IMG/VR virus record: IMGVR_UViG_3300049563_000052
Location: 33,020-97,019 of that record
Source of the DNA: a virus
Lineage: Duplodnaviria > Caudoviricetes
Strand: one strand, 5' to 3'
Length of the DNA: 64,000 nt
Shown: positions 36,366-46,615 of the stretch, one piece after another
How the letters are laid out: each line of letters opens with the position of its first letter
How positions within the stretch are numbered: position 1 is the first letter of the stretch
Position numbers and translations under genes: made by a program
Notes under the pieces: generated by a model
The model's input: the letters and a program-made list of their open reading frames with translations, nothing else
Told to the model about the DNA's origin: nothing
The model's database searches: none

Positions 36366-39300
36366 GTGGCTGCGGCGACGACACGGGCGCGCGCCCAGGG
36401 TCTCCAGTCCACCGACGCGACGACGCACGCGATCACCCTGCCCGCCAGCATCGTCGTCGGTGAGCTGCTGCTGGTCGGGTTCGCCTGTGACACCGCCACC
36501 ACGACGGTCTCCACCAGCTCGACCGGCTGGACGATCCTGGCCAACGTCCCGCAGGGCACCTCGACCAACCACACCGCCGTGGTGCTCTACAAGATCGCCA
36601 CCGGTTCGGATGCGCTGACCATCAACACCAGCACCGCCGAGCAGTCCACGCACATCTCCCTGGCGATCACCAACGGGGCCGCGCCGAACGAGGCCGACGC
36701 GAACGGCGGCTCGGCGTCGACGACCGCCCCGGCGGCGATCACCCCGTCCGGCGGCACCGCGGACTACCTCGGCGTGCTGTTCACGATGACGGACAGCTCG
36801 ACCGCGGCGACGCAGACGTTCGGGGTCTCCTCCGGCTACTCCAACTCGATCACGCAGAACCCGACGACCACGACGTCCGCGGCGACCAACAGCCAGGAGC
36901 GCACCTACCTCGCGAGCGCGGGTTGGACGCCGGGCGGGGTCAGCCTGAGCACCGCCGAGCAGTGGGTGAGCATCACCGTCGCGGTGCCGTTCGGCGGCGG
37001 CGGCGCCACCACGTACACCAAGACCGGCGCCGGAGCACCCCGCGGCGCCTGCGGCGGCGCCAAGGCATCGGTCGGCTATACCGCGCCCGGCACCGTGTTC
37101 AACCTGGCCAACGTCTGGTCGCTCACGGTGCCCACCGGCCCGCTCGCCGACGCCGACGAGATCCTGCCCGCCCAGCTGCCCACCTACGCAAGCCGCTACT
37201 GGTACCTGGACACGTCCAACCGGCTCGTGGCCACCGCCCCGGTGCAGGGCTCCCACACCTCCGGGTCGCTCGCCACCCGCTCCGAGCTGCGCGAGTGGTA
37301 CCAGGGGGCGCGGGCCGCCTGGTCGTTCGCCACCTCCACGCCGCGGCAGCTCACCGTCACCGGCGTGTTCGACCCGACGTCGATCACCGACTCCAAGGTG
37401 ATGATCGTCGGGCAGATCCACGGGGCCAGCGGCACCCCGCCCATCTACCTGACGGTGGACTTCGACAACCCGTCCCCGCGGCTGCGGCTGTTCGAGAACG
37501 GTCCGGGTCTGATGGACCTGCTGACCAACCTGACGGCCACCACGCAGATCACCTATCGGATCTATGTCGGCGGCGGCCGGTGCAAGATCTGGGCGGCGGT
37601 CGGCACCGTGGCGAACCTGCCCGGCGTCCCGCAGTACGACAAGCCCGCCGCCACCTACTCCGACGGCACCGCCTGCTACCTCAAGGCCCCCTGCTACAAC
37701 AAGTCGGAGGTCCCCGACGGCGGCACCGGCGACGCCATCGCCACGGTCACGGTCCTGGAGCTGTTGCAGGACATGGCGCCGGGCGTGTCCAAGACCGGCG
37801 GCAGCGCGGGCCGGGGCGCGTGCGGCGGCGCGAAGTCGACCGTCACATCGCAGGCCGCGTCGACGCCGGTGTTCCGCTCCAGCTCGATCGGGGCCGTCGG
37901 CTACGCGCAGACCGCGCTGACGATCGCCAAGCCGGTCGGGCTGGTCGCGGGCGACTACCTGTTCGCGCTGCAAGCCTGCGACGGGGATGCGCAGACCTTG
38001 GTCGGGATGAACGCGCCGTCCGGGTTCGCGCAGCTCACCTCGATGAACGGGTCGAACGTCTCCCCGCGGAAGACCTGGGTCAAGCTCTGGTCGAAGATCG
38101 CTTCCGCGGCGGATGCCGCCGCGTCCACGTTCACGTTCCAGGACACCGCCAACTCCGATCACGTCGTCGTGCTGATGGCGATCAAGGTCGGCACGTACGA
38201 CCCGGTCAACCCGATCACGTTCGCCGCGATCACCACCGCCACCGGCAGCTCGACGTCCTCGCATCCCGCGCCGTCGATCGCCGCCGGGGTGGCCACCGCG
38301 ATGCTGGTGTGCGCATTCACCGCCGACACCAACGGCACCCAACGCAGCTACACCAAGCCGTCGGCGATGACCGAAGCCGGGCAGGACGCCTACGACTGGG
38401 TGTGTGCGCTGCTGTGCTACCAGACGTTGAGCGCATCCGGGGCCACCGGCACCCGCACCGCCACGCTCTCGACGTCGCGCCCGTACAACACGATCTCCCT
38501 GATGATCAACCCGGCGCCCGCTGCGGTGATCACCAGCAAGTCGGGTGGGTCGGCGGGGAGCGGCGCACCGGGCGGCCCCAAACAGGTCACGTCGGCGGCG
38601 AAGCTCAAGACCGGCGCCGGGGCGGTCCGGGGCGCACCGGGCGGCGCGAAGACCGTCCAGCACAACATCATCGTCGGCCTGGACACGGTGTACGTCGGGG
38701 TGGCGCAGCTCGCGCCGGACTTCGCCCGGCGGATCACTCTCGGCACCCCGCTCGCGGTCGGGGTGCAGACCGGGACCGGGCCGGGCACCACCCCGGCCCA
38801 TGTGATCCCGTTATCCCCGGTCACGTTCGGTGTCGCGGTCGGCAAGACGTCGGCCTACTCGATGGCGACCACCCCGTTCGGGGTGGCGGTCACCTTCCCC
38901 GGGCTGACCGTCGGGTTCGCGGGCACCCACTCCGGGCCGTCGCTGCGCGGCGTGCCGCCGATCATCGTGTCGGCCGGGGTGCGCGTCATGGCGCAGACGA
39001 TCATCTCCAAGACGTGGGTGCACCGGGAGCTGCCGGTCGCCGACCTGAAAATCAGCTACCGGCTTTCGGGCCCCAACATGATCACCGGGACGATCGATCC
39101 GGAGAACCGGGAGCTGTCGGAGCTGCTGGTGGCGCTGCCGCCGTGGGGGACGTGGATTCACGTCGAGGAAGGCGGCGACGTGTGCGCCTCCGGGATCCTG
39201 CTGCCCGGTCAGACCGAAGCCGACGGGTCGATGACGGTCACCGCGGCCGGGGTGAGCTCGTACGCGGGCCGGATCCCGTTCGTGGGGCCGTCCTACGCCG

Positions 39301-40319
39301 GGGTCAACGTCGACCCGATCGATGTGGTGCGCAAGCTGTGGGAGCACATCCAGGGATTCCCGCGCGGAGACCTCGGGGTGACCGTGGCCGGGGCGTCCGG
39401 GGTGCTGATCGGGCTGCCGCCCACGTTCCCGACCACCGCCCCGCAGCTGACCGGCAAACCCAAGGCGGCGCAGCTCATCTCCGCACGGTTGAAGGGCACC
39501 GACCCGATCAACGGGGACTGGTCGTGGACCGCCGACCCGCCGGAGGTCGACCAGTACCACCAAGAGCTGATGGACGCGTTCCTCGCCCAAGGCGGGCTCG
39601 GTCAGGGCCGCGCCCTGCAAGAGGCGTTCCTGGACAAGATCGTGAAGGCGGCGCAGGACGTCGCCATGACCGACATCTTCAACGCCGAAGGCCCGTTCTT
39701 CATCAAGGCCGACGAGCTGCCCGCGATCGGGCGGATCATCGACCAGCTGGGCAACGACTGCCCGTTCGACTACGTCGAGGAGTGCGGCTACAGCGACCCC
39801 ACGGTCAAGAACATCGTGTGGCACCGGATCCGCTGCCAGTCCCCGCAGATCGGGGACCGGCTGAGCCTGAACCTGACCATGGGCGAGAACATCACCGAGG
39901 TCGGCGCGTTCGAGGAACCCGACGACGCCTACTGCGACAGCGCCTACGTCAAGGGCGCCGGGGAAGGCCCCGACTCGATCATCGGCTACTCCGGGACCAC
40001 CGTGGCCGACCGGCTGCGGATGCCGACGGTGGTCACCGACAAGACGTTGATGACCGCGAAGGCCGCCGTCAGCCGGGCCGCCACGGAGGTCGCCGCGCGG
40101 CTGGCCGCGATCGAGGAACTGGAGCAGATCGCGGTGAACGTGCGGCACCCGAACAGCCCGTGGGGCACGTTCCGGGTGGGCGACGAGATCCTGCCGCGGG
40201 TGCGGCTGCCCTACATCGGGGTGTTTGCCCAGTGGCACCGCATCACGCAGATCGAGTATCAGCCGGAGGCGGGGATCGCGGTGCTGACCCTGACCCGCCG
40301 GGCCGGGTTCGGGAAGTAG
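36366..40319 (+). CDS. Tail protein: fibre modules + PL7 polysaccharide (alginate) lyase + C-terminal baseplate-hub-like domain
   Basis: PL7 motifs RSELRE, QIH, YLKAPCY; hub-like C-terminus (LSGP, GAGEG, FRVGDEI). Confidence 0.8.
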   Translation: MAAATTRARAQGLQSTDATTHAITLPASIVVGELLLVGFACDTATTTVSTSSTGWTILANVPQGTSTNHTAVVLYKIATGSDALTINTSTAEQSTHISLAITNGAAPNEADANGGSASTTAPAAITPSGGTADYLGVLFTMTDSSTAATQTFGVSSGYSNSITQNPTTTTSAATNSQERTYLASAGWTPGGVSLSTAEQWVSITVAVPFGGGGATTYTKTGAGAPRGACGGAKASVGYTAPGTVFNLANVWSLTVPTGPLADADEILPAQLPTYASRYWYLDTSNRLVATAPVQGSHTSGSLATRSELREWYQGARAAWSFATSTPRQLTVTGVFDPTSITDSKVMIVGQIHGASGTPPIYLTVDFDNPSPRLRLFENGPGLMDLLTNLTATTQITYRIYVGGGRCKIWAAVGTVANLPGVPQYDKPAATYSDGTACYLKAPCYNKSEVPDGGTGDAIATVTVLELLQDMAPGVSKTGGSAGRGACGGAKSTVTSQAASTPVFRSSSIGAVGYAQTALTIAKPVGLVAGDYLFALQACDGDAQTLVGMNAPSGFAQLTSMNGSNVSPRKTWVKLWSKIASAADAAASTFTFQDTANSDHVVVLMAIKVGTYDPVNPITFAAITTATGSSTSSHPAPSIAAGVATAMLVCAFTADTNGTQRSYTKPSAMTEAGQDAYDWVCALLCYQTLSASGATGTRTATLSTSRPYNTISLMINPAPAAVITSKSGGSAGSGAPGGPKQVTSAAKLKTGAGAVRGAPGGAKTVQHNIIVGLDTVYVGVAQLAPDFARRITLGTPLAVGVQTGTGPGTTPAHVIPLSPVTFGVAVGKTSAYSMATTPFGVAVTFPGLTVGFAGTHSGPSLRGVPPIIVSAGVRVMAQTIISKTWVHRELPVADLKISYRLSGPNMITGTIDPENRELSELLVALPPWGTWIHVEEGGDVCASGILLPGQTEADGSMTVTAAGVSSYAGRIPFVGPSYAGVNVDPIDVVRKLWEHIQGFPRGDLGVTVAGASGVLIGLPPTFPTTAPQLTGKPKAAQLISARLKGTDPINGDWSWTADPPEVDQYHQELMDAFLAQGGLGQGRALQEAFLDKIVKAAQDVAMTDIFNAEGPFFIKADELPAIGRIIDQLGNDCPFDYVEECGYSDPTVKNIVWHRIRCQSPQIGDRLSLNLTMGENITEVGAFEEPDDAYCDSAYVKGAGEGPDSIIGYSGTTVADRLRMPTVVTDKTLMTAKAAVSRAATEVAARLAAIEELEQIAVNVRHPNSPWGTFRVGDEILPRVRLPYIGVFAQWHRITQIEYQPEAGIAVLTLTRRAGFGK

Positions 40320-40323
40320 GCCG

Positions 40324-40797
40324 ATGACCAGTCCTCGATTCGAGTCCGGCGGCGGCGGCCGCGAACACCTCCCGCGCCACCTCCCGGACCGGCCCGCCCG
40401 CGCTCCCACGCGGGGCACCGTGTGGTCGTATCCGCGGTGTTTCGTCGTGGACGTGCACGACGGCGACACGATCAAAGTGGACATCGATTTCGGGCAGGAC
40501 ATCTGGACCCGGGGCCGGTTGGTGCGGCTGGCCGGGATCGCCTGCCGGGAGCTGTCCGAACCCGGCGGCAAAGAGGCCCGGGACGCGTTGGCGGAGCTGC
40601 TGCCGGTGCAGCTGATGGTGCACATCGACTCGACCGGCTGGGACAAGTTCGGGGGCCGCATCGACGGGCTGGTGTTCCTGCCCGACGGGCGCACCGTGCA
40701 GTCGTGGCTGCTCGCGGAGGGCTGGGCGGTGGCCTGGGATGCCCGCAGCAAGCAGCCCAAGCCGCCGTGGCCGCGGGTCCCGGGCAACACGCGGTGA
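40324..40797 (+). CDS. Thermonuclease (SNase-like)
   Basis: VHDGDTI, VRLAGIACRE, DKFGGRI, LLAEGWA. Confidence 0.88.
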   Translation: MTSPRFESGGGGREHLPRHLPDRPARAPTRGTVWSYPRCFVVDVHDGDTIKVDIDFGQDIWTRGRLVRLAGIACRELSEPGGKEARDALAELLPVQLMVHIDSTGWDKFGGRIDGLVFLPDGRTVQSWLLAEGWAVAWDARSKQPKPPWPRVPGNTR

Positions 40798-40843
40798 GGC
40801 GTGGCAACCCGGTTTCCAGCCGGGCCCGACCTAGCCTGCGGCC

Positions 40844-42988
40844 ATGAGTGCACCCACCGGGATGACGTCCGCGCTCACCTATACCCGGGTGCTGCCCTCC
40901 CCGTCCGAGCGCCGGTTGGCCCAGCAGCTGGCCCGCATGGACGGCGACATCAACGCGCTCTACGACCAGCTGCGCACCGCCCAGCTGGGCACCTCGACGA
41001 TCCAGGGCTCGATGGCCATCCGGGACGCCGATGGGGTGCTGACCGGGATCATCGGGGTGCAGGGCGACGGCACCACCGGCATCACCTACCAGAACGGCAG
41101 CCCGCCCCCGGCGCCCGCCGCGCCGTACCTGACCCCGTTCCCGGCCGGGATCTACGTCGGCTGGAACGGGGACTTCGCCACCGCCACCCGCCCGGTCAAC
41201 TTCCGCAACGTCGAGGTGTACCTGGGCACGACCTCGAGTTTCGTGCCGGGGCCGTCGAACTATTACGGGGTGCTGCGCGAGGCCGGGACGGTGCCGGTCG
41301 GGCCGCTGTCGTCGTCGGGTGCGTATTACGCGGTGCTCATCGCGACGAACATCACCGAGAAGCCGGAGAACGTCGGGACCGGGTTCCGGGCCACCGCGAC
41401 CGCCTCGCTGTACGCCGGTCCGGCGTCGCCGCAGCAGGTGGTGGCGCAGGCCGTGTTGGCGGGCATCATCGACGCGACCGCGCTGGCCGATCAGGCCGTG
41501 ACGGCGGCCAAGGTCGCGGTCGCCGCCATCGACGGCACGAAGGTCGCCGACGGGGCGATCAGCACCCCGCAGCTCGCGGCCGGGGCGGTGCAGGCCGGGA
41601 ACATCGCCGCGCAGACCATCCAGGGCGGCAACATCGCCACCGACACCCTGGACGCGCGCACCATCGGGGCGCTCGCGATCGCCGCGGACGCGTTGCAGGC
41701 CAACTCCGTCACCGCGGGGGCGCTGGCCGCCGGGTGCGTCACCGCCGACAAGCTGGAGGCCAACCTGGTGTTGGCGTCGCGGATGATCGCCGGGACGCTG
41801 TCCGGGGCCCGGGTGGAGATCCACCCGACGCAGGGTCTCCAGGGGTTCCGCTCCGACGGGGCGACGCAGACGTTCTGGCTGCGCGCCGACAGCGGGGCGT
41901 TCACCGCGACCGGGTCACTGTCGACGGCGTTCGCCGGGTCCCGGATCGTGCTGAACTACGGCGGCGGCGAGCCGGACCGGATCCGGTTCTACCCGGACTC
42001 GGGCACGGCGTTCGCCTGCATCGACTCGATCACGTCCACGAACGGGGCCGGGATCGAGATGTACGCCGCGGTGGACCCGAGCCAGGCCAGCAAGCGCGGC
42101 ATCGTGGTCGCCCGCGAGAACTACGCGTCGCTGATCTACGCCACCCCGGACCTGAATACTATTCAGACCGATATCTTCGCCAACCCGACCAACACCCGCT
42201 GTCGGGGCGGCGCGGTGGACCTGTTCGCCGACCGCAACGTGTCCAGCAGCGCGCACATCGGGATGTCGGCCACCAACGGGCCGAGCGTGGACGCGAACAA
42301 CCTGCTCCAGTTCGACGACTCCAACGCCAACGAGCCGCACCTGTTCTGCTCCAACCGGGACATCGGGATGACCTTCGCGTCGTCCCCGAGCAGCGGGCTC
42401 AACTCCCGCATCTACATCATCGGCAACACGCAGACGCAGCGCCGTGACATGTTCCTGTGGTCGGTGCTCTATGAGGGCGACCTGGTCAAGCCGTCCTCGG
42501 CCGTGGTGAAGCGCAACATCGACCCGGCCGCCGACCTGGACATGCGCCAGCACACCCGCAACGCCCGTGCGAAGCGGTTCGAGAAGACCTACCTCGACGA
42601 GGGCGACGTCACCGCCCCGGACGTCGAGGCCGACCCGTCGTCTTCGGAGTACGACCCGGACAACGTCATCCATCTGCGCGGGCCGCGCCCGGCGCCGCGG
42701 CAGCTCGGCCTGATCGCCGAGGAGATGCCGGATCAGGTCGTGCAGACCGTGCACGACGTTCGGCCGGGGGTGGATGTGCTCGGCGTCAACGTGGACGCCA
42801 CCGTGACCCTGCTGTGGCAAGGGCAGGGCGACGTGTGGGACGAGTTCGACCGGCGGGACGCCTCCCCGTTGCCGGTGATCTCCACGACGCTGCCGCCGCC
42901 GCCGCCGACCACCGGGGCGCTGATCTACGAGTTCGGCGGCGAGGTGTTCGCGGTGTTCCCCACCGGGCAACGCAAGAAGATCGTCTAA
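40844..42988 (+). CDS. Tail fibre/spike with C-terminal S74 intramolecular chaperone
   Basis: AVTAAKV/AISTPQL repeats; SSAVVKRNID and LGLIAEEMP motifs. Confidence 0.8.
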   Translation: MSAPTGMTSALTYTRVLPSPSERRLAQQLARMDGDINALYDQLRTAQLGTSTIQGSMAIRDADGVLTGIIGVQGDGTTGITYQNGSPPPAPAAPYLTPFPAGIYVGWNGDFATATRPVNFRNVEVYLGTTSSFVPGPSNYYGVLREAGTVPVGPLSSSGAYYAVLIATNITEKPENVGTGFRATATASLYAGPASPQQVVAQAVLAGIIDATALADQAVTAAKVAVAAIDGTKVADGAISTPQLAAGAVQAGNIAAQTIQGGNIATDTLDARTIGALAIAADALQANSVTAGALAAGCVTADKLEANLVLASRMIAGTLSGARVEIHPTQGLQGFRSDGATQTFWLRADSGAFTATGSLSTAFAGSRIVLNYGGGEPDRIRFYPDSGTAFACIDSITSTNGAGIEMYAAVDPSQASKRGIVVARENYASLIYATPDLNTIQTDIFANPTNTRCRGGAVDLFADRNVSSSAHIGMSATNGPSVDANNLLQFDDSNANEPHLFCSNRDIGMTFASSPSSGLNSRIYIIGNTQTQRRDMFLWSVLYEGDLVKPSSAVVKRNIDPAADLDMRQHTRNARAKRFEKTYLDEGDVTAPDVEADPSSSEYDPDNVIHLRGPRPAPRQLGLIAEEMPDQVVQTVHDVRPGVDVLGVNVDATVTLLWQGQGDVWDEFDRRDASPLPVISTTLPPPPPTTGALIYEFGGEVFAVFPTGQRKKIV

Positions 42989-42999
42989 AGGAGACTCCT

Positions 43000-43293
43000 G
43001 TGGCTGCTGGACTACCACGGAACCGGGTCGACATCGACCAGCGGGCGGGCATGTTGGCGGTGACCGTGCGGAACATGTTCGACGAGATCGACCGCTTCAA
43101 GGCGTTCCTCGACACCATGCCGGACGCCGACCTGACCGCCGCCCCGTACAACTACACGCCCACCGAAGTGGCCCAGCTCAAGAGCGCGTTCGCGGACCTG
43201 GCCCTGCTCGGCGACATCTACCACGGCAAGGACACGGTGGCGACCGCGTACGACTTCGGCACGTTCGCGCAGCTGCTCACCGGTGTGCAGTGA
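43000..43293 (+). CDS. Hypothetical tail-associated protein
   Basis: AAAGGAG RBS before GTG 43000. Confidence 0.7.
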   Translation: MAAGLPRNRVDIDQRAGMLAVTVRNMFDEIDRFKAFLDTMPDADLTAAPYNYTPTEVAQLKSAFADLALLGDIYHGKDTVATAYDFGTFAQLLTGVQ

Positions 43294-43529
43294 CCGCCGC
43301 GAACGGGAGCAGCCCCGACCAGCTGCCGGTGGATGTGCAGCAGATGTTGGCCTATCTGACCGACCTGCACGCCCAGCAGCTCGCCACGGTGAACCTGGAG
43401 GCCGCCAAGTGGCGCACGGCGGCCGTGGGTGCGCAGCAGCGCGTCAACGAGCTGACTGCCCGGTTGGCCGAACTGGAGGACCGGAAACCGGCCACTGTGG
43501 CCGGTGGCCTGCCCGATTTGGACGACTAG
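43290..43529 (+). CDS. Small coiled-coil protein
   Basis: Coupled ORF with heptad pattern. Confidence 0.65.
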   Translation: MTAANGSSPDQLPVDVQQMLAYLTDLHAQQLATVNLEAAKWRTAAVGAQQRVNELTARLAELEDRKPATVAGGLPDLDD

Positions 43530-43605
43530 GGCGCGGCTCCCCGAGGTTGGCCCGGTCCGCGGTTACCGTCCCGAGCGGGGGTGACCAGGGGCCGAGGAGA
43601 CGGAC

Positions 43606-44733
43606 ATGATCGATGTCCTGTACGAGTCACCGAAGGTGGGGACGCCGCGGAAGCCGCCGCGGCAGCGGCACGGCAGGCATCGAGCGCCGACGCCGATGAC
43701 GCGGTGGCGCCGCCAGCTGCGCGTGTGGCTGGCGGACTGCCGGGCCCGGCGGTGGCGCCGGATCCTGTGCGGGGCGCTGGTGTTGGCCGCGGTGCTCACC
43801 ATGTGCGTCGCGGCCGGGGTGTGGGACCGGCTGTGGGGGCCGGGCCCGGACACCATGACACCCCCGGATCCCGCCCCGGCGCCCCGGTCGGCGCCGCGGC
43901 TGGTGTTGTCCGCGGAGCATCCGTCCCCGTCCGGGCGGTGGACCGGGGAGGCCGCCGCGAAGCTGGTCACCGCGTCGGCGACGATCCGGCCGGTGGCCTA
44001 CACGCAGCCGGCCAAGCGTCCGGCCAAGCGTCCGGCGACACGCACGACGACCCGGGCGACGGCGGCGCATCACACCCGGACCCGGGCGGTGCACCGCCAC
44101 CACACCCGTCACCACTACCGGCAGCACCGGCACGCGCAGCCCACCCCCGCCGCGCCGAAGACGGTCGCCAAGCCCGCCCCGAAGACCGTCGCCAAGCCCA
44201 CGCCCACGCCCACCCCGCACCCCCGGCCTGCGGCCGCAACCGCCGTCCACCCTGGCCCGACCCTGGCCCGCAAGCCGTCTCCCACGCCGCGCCCGGCCGT
44301 GAAACCGCTCGTGGTGCCGAAGCTGATCCCGCGCGCCGTGCCGCTGCCGCCGCCCGCGCCGCTGATCTCGGTGCGGTGCGGGGCGGCGGCGCTGGCCGGG
44401 ACGCAGCCGCAGGTGTCGTCGGCCGGGCGGGACCTGATGGCCCGGTTCGGCATCGCGGAATCCAATGTGCTCGGCCGGGCCGCGCGGGGCACAGCCGGTT
44501 CGGATCATCCGGCCGGGCTGGCGTTGGACTTCATGGTGCGCACCAACCGGCCGCTGGGGGATGCGCTGGCCGCGTACGTGCTCGCGCACCGCGCCGAGCT
44601 GCACGTCTCGTATGTGATCTGGCAGCAGCGGATCAACCTCGGCGGCGGCTGGTCGCCGATGGCCGACCGGGGCTCCCCCACGGCGAATCACCTCGATCAC
44701 GTGCACGTGTCGTTCACAGCGGGCGGCTGCTGA
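43606..44733 (+). CDS. Membrane-anchored Pro/Thr-rich protein with C-terminal M15-like Zn peptidase
   Basis: TM helix; SDHPAGLALDF, YVIWQQRI, NHLDHVHVSF. Confidence 0.8.
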   Translation: MIDVLYESPKVGTPRKPPRQRHGRHRAPTPMTRWRRQLRVWLADCRARRWRRILCGALVLAAVLTMCVAAGVWDRLWGPGPDTMTPPDPAPAPRSAPRLVLSAEHPSPSGRWTGEAAAKLVTASATIRPVAYTQPAKRPAKRPATRTTTRATAAHHTRTRAVHRHHTRHHYRQHRHAQPTPAAPKTVAKPAPKTVAKPTPTPTPHPRPAAATAVHPGPTLARKPSPTPRPAVKPLVVPKLIPRAVPLPPPAPLISVRCGAAALAGTQPQVSSAGRDLMARFGIAESNVLGRAARGTAGSDHPAGLALDFMVRTNRPLGDALAAYVLAHRAELHVSYVIWQQRINLGGGWSPMADRGSPTANHLDHVHVSFTAGGC

Positions 44734-44757
44734 AGACCTGACAGCTCGGGGGGATAC

Positions 44758-45195
44758 ATGACGCGGTGGGGGGCCGCGATCGGTCGTGTCGCGATGCTCG
44801 TCCCGGACCGGATCGGGCGGCGCGGCACGGTGCTGCTCACCGCCGGGGTCGCCGACATCGTCTACGGGATCGCGCTGCTCCGCCCCACCGCAGCGCCGGA
44901 GCTGTCGTGGTGGCCCGCATCGGTCGGGCAGCTCGGCGGCGTCCCGCTGCACGTGTGGGGCGTGGTGTGGATCGTCGCCGGGGTGTTCGTGCTCACCGGG
45001 GTATCGCGGCGGCGCACCGACTGGCCGCAGTACGCCGTCGAGGTGGGGCTGACCGCCGGATGGGCGTTCGAGGCGGCCGTGTACTCGTTCGCCACCCGGC
45101 CGTTCGACGTGTGGGGACCGGTCGTGGTGTACACCGCGCTCGCGCTGATCCTGGTGATCGTGTCCGGGTGGGAAGAACCGCGGCGACCGTCGTGA
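44758..45195 (+). CDS. Multi-TM membrane protein (holin-like)
   Basis: About 4 TM segments within the lysis cassette. Confidence 0.65.
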   Translation: MTRWGAAIGRVAMLVPDRIGRRGTVLLTAGVADIVYGIALLRPTAAPELSWWPASVGQLGGVPLHVWGVVWIVAGVFVLTGVSRRRTDWPQYAVEVGLTAGWAFEAAVYSFATRPFDVWGPVVVYTALALILVIVSGWEEPRRPS

Positions 45196-45551
45196 ACCTC
45201 GCCGGATGGATCACCTTCCTCGGGGTCGTCATCACCGCCGTGTTCGGGCTCGTCGGGGCGTGGGCGTCGGCGCGCGCCCACCGGCTGGCCGCGACCCGGG
45301 CCGCCGAAACCGAGCAGATGCAGATGCAGCTCACCGCGCGCGACAACCAGATCGAGGCGTGGCGCACCGACGTCCAGACGTTGCGGCGGGACCGCGCCGA
45401 AGACGAGGCCCGCTGCCGGGAGCAGATCGCCGCGCTGGCCGCGCAGGTGGACGCCTTGATGGCGAACCTTCGCGCCCACGGCGCGCCCATCCCCGATCCG
45501 CCGGTCGAGATCGGCGAAACTGGCGCCGACGGGGAGGGGGGAGCCGAGTGA
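45192..45551 (+). CDS. Single-TM coiled-coil lysis-cassette protein
   Basis: N-terminal TM followed by coiled coil; GTGA-coupled. Confidence 0.7.
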   Translation: MNLAGWITFLGVVITAVFGLVGAWASARAHRLAATRAAETEQMQMQLTARDNQIEAWRTDVQTLRRDRAEDEARCREQIAALAAQVDALMANLRAHGAPIPDPPVEIGETGADGEGGAE

Positions 45552-46615
45552 TCTTTGGGCCGGATGTGTCGCGGTACCAGGGCAGCATCGACCACAAGCG
45601 CATACGCAGCGAGGGCCACGACTTCCTCATCGCGAAGATCAGCCAGGGTCGGTCGTTGCAGGATCCGCTGTGGCCGCGGAACCGCGACGGTGCCCGCGCC
45701 GCCGGGCTGATCACCGCCGGCTACCACTACATCACCACCGATGATCCGACCGCGCAGGCCGCGAACTGCGCGGGATGGATCGGGGACAACCGGGTGCCGG
45801 TCGCGCTCGACCACGAACGCGGCGGCGGCAACATCAACCAATTCCGGGCGGTGCTGGCGGCGTTCCAGCGGGCCGGGCTGCGCGTGGTGCTCAGCTATAT
45901 CCCGCCGTTCTACTGGCGGGAGATCGGGCAGCCGTCGCTGGCCGGGCTGCCGCCGCTGTGGAAGGCGCGGTACGCGTCCACGGCCTCCGGGACGCCGCGG
46001 GCGCTGTACGCGCAGGTGCCCGCGAACTACTGGGACGCGTACGGGGGGATGGCGCCCGCGCTGTTGCAGTTCAGCGACGCCGCGGTGATCGCGGGGCAGA
46101 AATGCGACTGCAACGCGTTCCGCGGCAGTCGACAGGAGTTCGCCGATCTGGTCGGCGGCGGGGGCGGCGGCGTGGTGCCGCGCGAGGAGGGATTGTTCAT
46201 GGCGCTGCCGGACGCGGAGCAGATCGAGCTACGCGACAAGATCCGCAATCTGTACTTCCAGCTGGTCACCGGCGACGGTCAAGGCGGCCCGGCCGGGTGG
46301 GGATGGGAGGCGTTCGCAGGCGGCACCACCGCGGGTGGGCACCCCGAGCGGCTGACCCCGGTCGACTACTGGCGGCGCAACAACGTGCGCGTCGAGGACC
46401 TGGGCAGGCAGGTGCAGGCGTTGCGCGCGGAGGTGGCCGCGCTCGGCGCGCTGCTGCACAACGTGGGCGGCGGCGCCGCGCTCGACCCGCAGGCGGTCGC
46501 GGAGGTGCTGCGGGAGGCGGTCGCGGCGGCCGGGTTCGAGCTGCACGGGCAGCTGGTGCCCACCCAGACCGGGCCGCGCGGCGCCCACGAGGCCCCCGGT
46601 GACCGCCCCATCTGA
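45548..46615 (+). CDS. Endolysin, GH25 muramidase
   Basis: GPDVSRYQG, IAKISQG, GYHY, ALDHE, LLQFSD, DCNAF. Confidence 0.92.
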   Translation: MIFGPDVSRYQGSIDHKRIRSEGHDFLIAKISQGRSLQDPLWPRNRDGARAAGLITAGYHYITTDDPTAQAANCAGWIGDNRVPVALDHERGGGNINQFRAVLAAFQRAGLRVVLSYIPPFYWREIGQPSLAGLPPLWKARYASTASGTPRALYAQVPANYWDAYGGMAPALLQFSDAAVIAGQKCDCNAFRGSRQEFADLVGGGGGGVVPREEGLFMALPDAEQIELRDKIRNLYFQLVTGDGQGGPAGWGWEAFAGGTTAGGHPERLTPVDYWRRNNVRVEDLGRQVQALRAEVAALGALLHNVGGGAALDPQAVAEVLREAVAAAGFELHGQLVPTQTGPRGAHEAPGDRPI

